A DNA stretch of 63,896 nt, counting the filler, from an uncultured Planctomycetaceae bacterium (GTDB taxonomy: Bacteria > Planctomycetota > Planctomycetia > Planctomycetales > Planctomycetaceae), in the NCBI GenBank assembly GCA_963976765.1. It is 3 parts of 3 records of this genome, joined end to end, with 100 filler letters (N's around TTAATTAATTAA, not from the genome) between each part and the next. Parts side by side here need not be neighbours in the genome. Positions count along the whole stretch, not along the records: positions 55,466 to 63,896 come from CAXBME010000072.1; 2 more parts are not named here. One strand, given 5' to 3'. Every line of letters begins with the position of its first letter. Positions within the stretch are counted from its first letter, which is position 1. A program made the position numbers and the translations under genes. Below the pieces are notes generated by a model. The model made no database searches, was not told where the DNA came from, and saw nothing but the letters and a program-made list of their open reading frames with translations. This document shows positions 55,579-63,896 of this stretch, in pieces.

Positions 55579-56018
55579 ATGTGACGCTGCTTCCGATGAG
55601 CATTTGGGGCCTTCTCAAGAATCTCATGGAAGCAACCTTGCCCGCCGATCGATGAGGGAGGAAGAAGGGCGAGGGCGGTAGCACAACTCGGAACGGTTCC
55701 AGCTTCGATGGCCGAGGCTTCGTCAACCGGTAACCCGGCGGATCGCTGTGAGTCAGGATCTTCGTCAACATGTCCCCGTGAATGCCATACTCGACACACG
55801 CGGCCCGCTTGCTCAGTTCGCCGTTCAGAACGCAACGGCGAACCTCAATCCACTGATCCATATCGGTGAACACCCTTGTCTCCCGCGGCAAGCCAATCCA
55901 GACGATTTCGGAATTTCCGAAAGTCTGAAATGACTCCCACAGGTGATCATCTGGACGCTCCACTTTTCATTCGACCGCCACTCCCAGCCCCCGCTACGTT
56001 TTCTGACCGGCGTTTACA
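55579..56018 (-). pseudogene. istA: IS21-family left end and disrupted istA fragment
   Basis: TGTAAACG terminus with subterminal repeats; MDQWIEVRR...SKRAAC.EYGIH...PPGYR...SKLEPF then frameshifted HEILE...RKQRH. Confidence 0.8.
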
Positions 56019-56052
56019 GACGAATCTGGAACTACAGAGAGTCGCCCCAGAC

Positions 56053-59000
56053 TTAGTCGAAAAGACTACCAGAATCACTGAACGCGTCATCAATTTCACG
56101 AATTCTAAAGCCAGCGATCGCCGGATTCTCCGTAACGCGTCCCAGATCAATGTCCAGATTTCCGTCACTGGTGATCTGGAAGGAGCGAGCGACGGCTTTA
56201 TTGCCAGACCCTGCCTCTGCGAAGATGTCGAAGTTGTCAAGCTTCAACATTCCGTCGATTGAAACATCGAAGACTCGTGCACCGGTTCGAAATGCGGGAC
56301 CGTAGATTTCCGAGAAATACAGTGTAACTTCAACCGTCATACCGGCTTCAACGGCTACGTCGAAACTGAGGTCAGCTCCGCCTGCCCGATCATAGAGGAC
56401 AGTCTGGAATACAGACGCCGGAACGCCAGCAACGTTCGGATCACTGACGTCAATCGATGCCCCGGTTCCGAAACTGGCTCCTGCTCCGTTATGGCTACCA
56501 CCAGCTGGCACGAATCCTTCAACCGCCGGACCGCCGGCGTTCACACTAAGTTCGAACGCCGGATCAGCAGTGATGCTGATGTCAAAGGTACCAGAAATTG
56601 CCGGGGCTGCTCCGTCCGTGAAACTGAAACCAAAACTGTCTGACGCGGCAAATGTTCCATCCTGAGTGTAGGTCACTTTTCCATCATTCACCTGTTGCTG
56701 CGTAAATGACGACGCCACAGCACCGTCAACTCGCAATGTACCGGATGCTGGGGCAGGCGACGTCACGGTGTAGACCAGATCCGCCGATATGTTGTCTACA
56801 TCCGATCCGCTCAATGCCGCAGCGGTAATAGTCCGTGTCGTACCTTCTCGCAGTGTGATCCCAGCGTTCACGTCGACTGTCGGAGCGTCGTTGACCGGAG
56901 TGATGTTGATATGGAAGGTGCCAGGAACCGCAGGTGTGCCATTTTCTCGACCATCAGCCAGCATGAAATTGAAGCTGTCAGAAGACTGTTCGCCTCCACG
57001 ATGATGATACTCAATCAGGTTATTATTGATGTCAGCCTGAGTAAACGATCCACCTGAAGTCAGTGGAACACCGTTTCGGAACAGACCACCGTGGACAGGC
57101 CCGCCGGTCACCGTGAAACTAAAGCTCAATTGACTGGAAGAATCATCGGGATCAGCACTGTTGAGCAGACTGGAACCAATGCTTCCGTTCGCTCCCTCAT
57201 CGACCGTCAAAGGATTGTTAACAGTCAGGGCAGGCGGCTCATTGACACCAACCACGGTCAAAACCAGTGACTCGGAGTCCGTCAATGCGACACCGCTCTG
57301 TTGTGTGACAGTTCCGTTGATCGGGTATTGTCCTTCATCGCCCTCACTCGGACTAATCGTGAAAGTGACAACCCGATTTATGTCCGGTTCCGAAGCAGTC
57401 ACAAATGATGGCAGGCCGACGAAAGCCGGAACGGCAATGTCTCCCTCGGCGTCTGGAGCGGCTACTCTGAGAGTTACCGTCTGTCCTTCATTGACCGTTA
57501 CGTTTCCAACTCTTTCCAGCACGGGAGCCGTCTGACCAGGAACCTGATTCAGGTTGATAATTTCGATGGCTGAAATAATCGGGTTTTCGACCTGATGCAG
57601 GAAAGTGATGTCCAGCGTTGAATCTGCAGTGACACTCGAAATTGTTCTGACGAGACCGGCGTTTCCACCCACTTCACTGAAGACATCCAGATTGTCGATT
57701 ACGACAACTCCTTCGGCGGCCACGTCAAAGACGCGAGCTCCTGTTCGGAATGCAGGCCCGTACGTCTCGGCAAAGTACAGCTTTACCTGGTAGTTGCCGG
57801 GGTCGACAGGGAAGGAGTAATTCATTTCCGCCCCGCCAGCGACATCGTACCTCAAAGTCTGGAAAATCGACGCCGGCGTTCCATTTGGAACTGAGGCATC
57901 GCCAAGATTAATCGCCGCTCTCGTCGAGAACGCGCTGCCGGTATTTCGAATGGATGTTGAATCACCGGAAATCATCGCATTGGGAATTGCCGGTCCACCG
58001 ACATTCACAAAGTGAACTGTCTCATTCGACTGCACTGTCGGGACGGTGACAACGTTCAACGTAAACGAAATAGATTCGACAACGTCTCCGGCAGTCGCTG
58101 TCAGGTCGATGGTCGAACTACCGACGTCGCTGGCTTCCGGATCGAACATGAACAGCCCAGTACCGTCACCGTGGTCAGTGAAAGTGGCAAATGCTGGAAG
58201 CCCCGTGACCGTCAGTGCTGGCGTAACTCCTTCGACGCTCGCTGCCGCAACAGGAATGTCGACTGGCCCGGTTTCAGCCGCGATCGTCTGAGCAGGAATC
58301 TGGGCCAGAATCGTCACATTCGAAATCACCACGTCGATCGTAGCAGACGCAGACATGGCCCCGTCGTCATCTACCAGCGTGACACTGAAGCTGTCTGATG
58401 TCGCCTGATCGTTGGTGTTCTCATATTCGACCATGCCGTCAAGCACGTTCTGCTGAGTGAAGGTAGCTGATGGATTTCCAGCAACGAGGATTCGTCCTGC
58501 AACTGGTGTCGTGGCGGTGTAGGTCAGATTCACCGGCACATCATCTGGATCCGAGCCGGAAAGCTGAGCGACACTGATTGGTCGCTTCCCACCAGCCCGC
58601 ACGGTCAGGTCATTGCTGCGATCGATCCCTGGCGCGTCGTTGACCGGTGTGATGTTGATGTTGAACGTGCCGGAAACATTACCTCCTGCACCATCTGACA
58701 GTGTGAATGAGAATGAGTCTGCAATCGACTCGCCGCCATCATGCACATACTGAATCCGATCCGCGTTTACTTCAGCCTGGGTGAAACTCATGGATGTGAG
58801 GTTGACCCCGTCACGCTGAAGCGTTCCGTGGAGTGGTGCTGTGAACGAGTAGGTCAGTTCGGCGGCACTGTTGTCAGGATCGCTTCCGCTAAGCAAAGCT
58901 GAACCGATGATTGCGGACGCACCTTCCATCATGTCCAACGCGACATTGGTAGCGATCTGCGGTGGATCGTTTGTTGCCAACACCGACACCACAAACGACT

Positions 59001-62000
59001 CAGCATCCGTCAGAGCGACGCCATTCTGCTGAGTCGCGGTAATCGTGATCGGGTACTCACCGGCGTCTCCCTCGATCGCATTGATCGTCAGTCGACCAGT
59101 TCTGTTACCGTTGTCTGTGAACTGGAATCGTTCTGACGGCAGGGGGCTGGCGGTCAGAACGACAGTGTCGCCCTGGCCGTCCGGTGCCCGGAAGTCAATC
59201 GTGAGCGTCTGACCTTCGGAGGCAGTTTGATTGCCAATGACCGACAACCTTGGAGCCGACTGCGACGGCACTTGATTCAGATTGATAATCTGAATCGCAT
59301 TGACGATTGGATTCTCGACCTGGTGCAGGAACGCAAGATCGAGTTTCGAGTCTGCCGTTACAGTAAAGGTTTTGACGAGTCCTTTGTTTCCACCACCTGC
59401 TTCCGTAAAGACGTCCAGATTGTCGATGACAGTCGCGCCCTCAGCGACCACGTCAAACACACGAGCCCCTGTGCGGAACGCTGGACCGTAGAGTTCCGCA
59501 AAGTACAGATTGACCTGGTATTCACCGGGCTCGACCGGGAATGAGAACTGCATCTCCGGACCACCCGCTCCGTCCCATCGCTGAGTCTGGAAGATCGATG
59601 CCGGAGTCCCTGCGGGAATCGTCGGATTACTGACATTAACTGCCGCTGTGGTCGAGAAAACATTTCCGGTATTACGAACCGAACTCGCTCCGGAACCGGT
59701 ATCGCCCGATATCATCCGACTGGCAATTCCCGGCCCACCGACATTCACGAATGTCACGGTAGCATCCGAAGTGGCCATCGGCCCCTCAACCACGGTGGCG
59801 TCGAAGGTAACGGTGTCGGTGCCGTCCATCGTCGTCGCATTGAGTGTGATCGCGTATGGACTTGCCCCTTCATCGCCGACCTGAGGATCGAACCTGAAGA
59901 CGCCAGTACTACCATCCCCTGAAGGAGTAAACGTTATGAAGGACTGAGCACCTGCGGGAATCATGGCCGACAACTGAGGCACATCGCCGTCAACGATCGC
60001 CGCTGCCACAGGTATTTCAACCGGTCCCAGACCGGTACCGAACGTTTGATTCGCAATCGGAGCCAGAATCGTCAGCACACGAATATCAAATGTCGCTGAC
60101 GCCGTCGTCAGCGTGCCACCGGACCCGGTGTTCCCACCATCGTCCACGGTGAACGTGAAGCTGTCCGTCGTTACCTCAGTATCGTCGTGCCGGTAGGACA
60201 GGTTGCCTTCGTCGATGTCCTGTTGGGTAAATGTGAAGGGGTACGTGGCCGGGACATTGTTCAGCAGTAGTGTACCCGCGTCTGGATTGTCGCCATCAGT
60301 GACAGTGTAGGTCAACTGTCCCGCAGTGGCGTCAACATCTGTGGTTGTCAGTTGCCCCATTGTGATGACCCGAGTTTCGCCCTCACGAATCGTCAGGCCC
60401 TGATTCGTGCTGACAACTGGTGCGTCGTTGACAGCGTTGATCGTAATGGCGACTTGAGTTGGATCAGAATCATCAAGTCCATCGTTAGCGATGAGCGTGA
60501 TCGTGGCGGTCCCCGACTGATTGAGGACCGGAGTTATTGTAAACGTCCGGGTTGCGCCCGTTCCGGAGATCACAATATCTTGATTCCGAATGAGCCCCGT
60601 ATTGTCAGAACTCGCCCCCAGCGTGACGTTGTTGATGTCCGAATCCACATCGCTTAGCGTCACGGTAATCGGTCCGAGTTGCGTATCTTCGTCTCCAGTC
60701 GTATTCCCAACGACAGACTCAATGACCGGAGGATCATTGACAGCTGTGACGTTGATCGTGATCGAAACTGTGCTCGATGTGTTGCTGTTTGGAGTGACAT
60801 TACTTCCGTCATCGGTCAACGTGACGTTGAATGTCGCCGAACCATTGGTGTCTGGGGCAGCCTGGTAGGTCAACGTACCACCGGCATCAATACTCGGCCC
60901 CTGAGTGAACGAAAGGTTTCCCGTACTCTGCCCAACTTGCTGCAAAGGATCGGGAAGGAACGACGGAGTCTGCCCTGGCTCAATCGTGTCGATTCCGGTT
61001 ACGAATCCCGTCACGGTGACAGGTCCCGCATCCTCAAGCGAAGTCGTCGAAGTCATCGGGATCGTAAAGACCGGTGCCTCGTCGACGTTGTCCACTGTGA
61101 CTGAAATTGCCGCATCGGAAGTGACGGTATTGCCGTCAACGGTAGCGCTAAGCGTTGCCGTAAAGTCGTAGACATTGTTCGGAGGCGTACCTGCATCCTG
61201 CGGATTTTCGAAGTCTGGTGGATCGTTGAACGTCACGATAAACGCTTCATTCGGACGATCCACAGCAGTATCGAGTGCGACACTAAACAGGGCGCTATCC
61301 ACCCCACTCAGCGTCGCCGATGGATTTGTGCCGGTACCGATGACGAATGGGAGACGAATCGCGCCCGTCTGATTCTCCGGGACATTGGCGGAGAACGGTG
61401 GAGTCAGACCAAATTCGGCGACGGAAATGGTGACAGCAAGGTCGGTCATTAACCCGCCAGCATCGGTGACTCGCAGAGTCACGGGATAATCATTATCCCC
61501 GTCGGGAATAAAGTCCGGGGCAGTGTCAAATCGCAGAGTTCGAGTCAGCGGCGCTGCGCCTGCAGTTTCGTCGATGCTGAAGACATTACGAGTATCAGAA
61601 CCGGAAACTTCAGTAATTGTCAATGTGTCGGCGGCATCCGGATCAATTCCGACGATGTCGACAATGTCAACGACACCTTCCGCGACAGTTAACGTCAACG
61701 GGGATGTGTTTGAAAATGACGGGGTTTCATTGACATCCATCAGACTGATTGTGATCGTTGCGTTGTCACTCAGATTTGTCGGAGCACCGTCGTCAGTCGC
61801 AGACACAGTCAGTGTGAAACTCGGCGTCAATTCGAAATCAAGCTCGGATGAATTGGCGACTGTGATCTCGCCATTGTTCTCATTGATCGCGAAAGCGTTA
61901 TTCGTGTTGCCAGAGACTATCGCATATTTCAATGTTGTACCGGCATCTGGATCCCTTGCGTTCACGGTACCGACAGGCGTCGCGTCAGCGGCATTCTCCG

Positions 62001-63027
62001 CCACAGAAAACGTCGCATCGTCGGCTACTGGCGTTTCGTTGACGTTCCGAACGTTAACGACAATATCCTGATCGGTGCTGAGATTCGGTGATCCACTGTC
62101 AGTGACTGTCACTCGCACCTGGTAGTCGTTGCCACCGCTTGCTGCAGTAGGGTTTTCAAAGTCAGGTGGATCTTTGAACGTCAGGACGCCAGTTCCCGAC
62201 ACAATATCGAATTTATCCAGATCCGCACCACCGGTAATTGTGTAAGTAAGAGTTTGTGGTGGTGCTTCTGGGTCATTGGCGTCGACATCTCCAGCGAGGA
62301 GCTGATTCTCGTCGGCATCAATAGACGCAGAACTGGTAAACGCAGGAGGACTATTCTCACCGACGATAATTGCAATACTTCCGAAATCTGTGTTGGCTGT
62401 ACTGACAACGGACCCATCGGCCAGACTATTGACATTAGAAATGTCTGGATTCCCCAACGCATCAGCACTCATCCCGGTAAAGACGGCTGATCCCTGCCCG
62501 TTAACGTTGGCTTTAACCTTAAATGAAATCGAAGCCAGCAAAACGGGAGCGCCGTTGCCAAGCACAGCCGTGCCACTGGTGGGTGAGTTGACCCCCAGAT
62601 TCTCTATAAACTTGTCCCCGTTGTTGTCTCCAACATCCGTTCGGGTAAATTCAATATCCCATGTAGAGGTGTCGATGGCACTCGAATCGTAACCGATAGC
62701 TTCCACGAGAGACTCGTCGAAGTCGATATCCAGGGCCAGAGAATTGATTCCCTCGATGTTGGCGACATTCTCTTGAGCAAACACCTGTAAGGTGAAACTG
62801 TCATCCGGTGCCAACGCCGTATCCGAAGTGATGACTTGCGACGATGCATCGAGCGCTACATAAGTGAAGGCAAGATCGGTCAAAAGTGCCCTTGTCTCAA
62901 GGTGCTCAAGAGCATGTACACCCTTCCCGGTATGGCAGCGTCTCCGAAGACACCTTGATCCTGCCATTCGACTAATCGATCGATTTCTTAGTGATGTTAA
63001 AAACTGACGGAAACGTGTATTCAACAT
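56053..63027 (-). CDS. Giant planctomycete surface protein: LExRxLL signal motif, cohesin-like domain, cadherin and CSPG-type repeats, three malectin domains
   Basis: LEHLETRALLT; PDFE.P/NVNE.P, VNDAP, FTQ.DI; three YF.E.YGPAFRTGARVFDV motifs. Confidence 0.9.
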   Translation of the reverse strand: MLNTRFRQFLTSLRNRSISRMAGSRCLRRRCHTGKGVHALEHLETRALLTDLAFTYVALDASSQVITSDTALAPDDSFTLQVFAQENVANIEGINSLALDIDFDESLVEAIGYDSSAIDTSTWDIEFTRTDVGDNNGDKFIENLGVNSPTSGTAVLGNGAPVLLASISFKVKANVNGQGSAVFTGMSADALGNPDISNVNSLADGSVVSTANTDFGSIAIIVGENSPPAFTSSASIDADENQLLAGDVDANDPEAPPQTLTYTITGGADLDKFDIVSGTGVLTFKDPPDFENPTAASGGNDYQVRVTVTDSGSPNLSTDQDIVVNVRNVNETPVADDATFSVAENAADATPVGTVNARDPDAGTTLKYAIVSGNTNNAFAINENNGEITVANSSELDFELTPSFTLTVSATDDGAPTNLSDNATITISLMDVNETPSFSNTSPLTLTVAEGVVDIVDIVGIDPDAADTLTITEVSGSDTRNVFSIDETAGAAPLTRTLRFDTAPDFIPDGDNDYPVTLRVTDAGGLMTDLAVTISVAEFGLTPPFSANVPENQTGAIRLPFVIGTGTNPSATLSGVDSALFSVALDTAVDRPNEAFIVTFNDPPDFENPQDAGTPPNNVYDFTATLSATVDGNTVTSDAAISVTVDNVDEAPVFTIPMTSTTSLEDAGPVTVTGFVTGIDTIEPGQTPSFLPDPLQQVGQSTGNLSFTQGPSIDAGGTLTYQAAPDTNGSATFNVTLTDDGSNVTPNSNTSSTVSITINVTAVNDPPVIESVVGNTTGDEDTQLGPITVTLSDVDSDINNVTLGASSDNTGLIRNQDIVISGTGATRTFTITPVLNQSGTATITLIANDGLDDSDPTQVAITINAVNDAPVVSTNQGLTIREGETRVITMGQLTTTDVDATAGQLTYTVTDGDNPDAGTLLLNNVPATYPFTFTQQDIDEGNLSYRHDDTEVTTDSFTFTVDDGGNTGSGGTLTTASATFDIRVLTILAPIANQTFGTGLGPVEIPVAAAIVDGDVPQLSAMIPAGAQSFITFTPSGDGSTGVFRFDPQVGDEGASPYAITLNATTMDGTDTVTFDATVVEGPMATSDATVTFVNVGGPGIASRMISGDTGSGASSVRNTGNVFSTTAAVNVSNPTIPAGTPASIFQTQRWDGAGGPEMQFSFPVEPGEYQVNLYFAELYGPAFRTGARVFDVVAEGATVIDNLDVFTEAGGGNKGLVKTFTVTADSKLDLAFLHQVENPIVNAIQIINLNQVPSQSAPRLSVIGNQTASEGQTLTIDFRAPDGQGDTVVLTASPLPSERFQFTDNGNRTGRLTINAIEGDAGEYPITITATQQNGVALTDAESFVVSVLATNDPPQIATNVALDMMEGASAIIGSALLSGSDPDNSAAELTYSFTAPLHGTLQRDGVNLTSMSFTQAEVNADRIQYVHDGGESIADSFSFTLSDGAGGNVSGTFNINITPVNDAPGIDRSNDLTVRAGGKRPISVAQLSGSDPDDVPVNLTYTATTPVAGRILVAGNPSATFTQQNVLDGMVEYENTNDQATSDSFSVTLVDDDGAMSASATIDVVISNVTILAQIPAQTIAAETGPVDIPVAAASVEGVTPALTVTGLPAFATFTDHGDGTGLFMFDPEASDVGSSTIDLTATAGDVVESISFTLNVVTVPTVQSNETVHFVNVGGPAIPNAMISGDSTSIRNTGSAFSTRAAINLGDASVPNGTPASIFQTLRYDVAGGAEMNYSFPVDPGNYQVKLYFAETYGPAFRTGARVFDVAAEGVVVIDNLDVFSEVGGNAGLVRTISSVTADSTLDITFLHQVENPIISAIEIINLNQVPGQTAPVLERVGNVTVNEGQTVTLRVAAPDAEGDIAVPAFVGLPSFVTASEPDINRVVTFTISPSEGDEGQYPINGTVTQQSGVALTDSESLVLTVVGVNEPPALTVNNPLTVDEGANGSIGSSLLNSADPDDSSSQLSFSFTVTGGPVHGGLFRNGVPLTSGGSFTQADINNNLIEYHHRGGEQSSDSFNFMLADGRENGTPAVPGTFHINITPVNDAPTVDVNAGITLREGTTRTITAAALSGSDVDNISADLVYTVTSPAPASGTLRVDGAVASSFTQQQVNDGKVTYTQDGTFAASDSFGFSFTDGAAPAISGTFDISITADPAFELSVNAGGPAVEGFVPAGGSHNGAGASFGTGASIDVSDPNVAGVPASVFQTVLYDRAGGADLSFDVAVEAGMTVEVTLYFSEIYGPAFRTGARVFDVSIDGMLKLDNFDIFAEAGSGNKAVARSFQITSDGNLDIDLGRVTENPAIAGFRIREIDDAFSDSGSLFD

Positions 63028-63601
63028 GGCGGCCTCAAATGTTTGGTTGACTGATCGAAACGAAAAAAGCAATGCGGAGAACCCACTCATCAACCGACCG
63101 CCGGAGAAAGATAAGTCTTCCACGTTGTTCAAAGATCGGATGATGCGTCGCCAAGGTGATTCCATCCATGGTCATAGAGTCGTAACAGCTAACAAAAGGA
63201 ACGATCCGTCACTCCCGCCTTCAATTGAGTTCAATCGATTCGACTAGGCAAGGATTTCAAATATTTGTCAATGCTGCTGTAATCTATCGGTTCACAATCG
63301 GGTGCATGCCTAGATATGGGCAACCTAGCTAACCTGAGGGGACTACATAACATAGACGACATGCTCCTTTGATGTAGACGAAATGTCAACCGACACCTCC
63401 GAGTAATATCCAAAATGTCCAAATTATTCGGCGATTCGTCGTCGCAGGTTTAGAATTGCGGCAGGAAAAGCAACAGACCCTAGTGCCAGAAATCACCCGG
63501 AGCGATCAGCTGCTCCAGAATGCAGGAAACCTCAAAACTCAGCATGAAACCTGGTTTGGTGACAGACTCTTAGCCAGAGCTGTGGCAGCAATATGATGCT
63601 C

Positions 63602-63895
63602 TTAGATCGCGTCGATCCAGTCAGTTACATCCCCCAGCGTGGCATCGATGGTTTGCAGATCACTTCCGGTGCTGGGGTCGGCATTGCCGGCAGGCGACAT
63701 CGCTGCCGAAGAGCTTCCAAGGACGGTGTTGTTGGCGGTCGCTTCGGGGGCAAGCATGTCAACTGGCGGAGTAAGAGCGACAGAGGCTGCTGCAGAATCC
63801 ACCGCTGCTCGTGTCGTTGTCTGTCCCGCACCGCTATCTGTCGCCTTCAGAAATCCTGTAGACGAAGATGAGATGGCAATCGCATCCGACTGCGG
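63602..63895 (-). CDS. C-terminal end of a probable large secreted protein (5'-truncated)
   Basis: Frame open to window edge; S/T/A-rich; ends TIDATLGDVTDWIDAI. Confidence 0.6.
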   Translation of the reverse strand, partial: PQSDAIAISSSSTGFLKATDSGAGQTTTRAAVDSAAASVALTPPVDMLAPEATANNTVLGSSSAAMSPAGNADPSTGSDLQTIDATLGDVTDWIDAI

Positions 63896-63896
63896 C

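Overview
The window is three unrelated contigs joined by 100-bp artificial N-linkers that contain TTAATTAATTAA (29018-29117 and 55366-55465). Contig 1 (1-29017) is part of a tailed dsDNA phage, probably podovirus-like. Its + strand arm carries early and replication genes: C5 and N4/N6 DNA methyltransferases, a CHC2 zinc finger, an AAA_25 helicase, an HNH nuclease, a RuvC resolvase and many small genes. Its - strand arm carries morphogenesis genes: a large polyvalent protein with ART-like and ParB-like modules, scaffold, major capsid, adaptor, tail tube/nozzle and tail fibre. The most striking feature sits at the end of the late operon, where a lysis cassette often lies: a TatC homologue with an altered signal-binding site and a C-terminal membrane extension, preceded by two small membrane proteins of TatA/B-like or holin-like architecture. 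No endolysin is visible in the window. Contig 2 (29118-55365) is planctomycete-like chromosome: a Calx-beta/RTX protein, NTase-HD fusion, sulfatase, DUF1552/DUF1592, circularly permuted SGNH hydrolase, nadB, oleA-like gene, floA, nagA, Ser/Thr kinase, DUF1501 and tRNA-Leu. It ends in an integron-type attC cassette array that includes an apparently ORF-less, repeat-rich cassette. Contig 3 (55466-63896) has nested IS3/IS21 remnants and a ~2.3-kaa cadherin/malectin surface protein. All family calls come from motif recognition by eye; no database searches were run.
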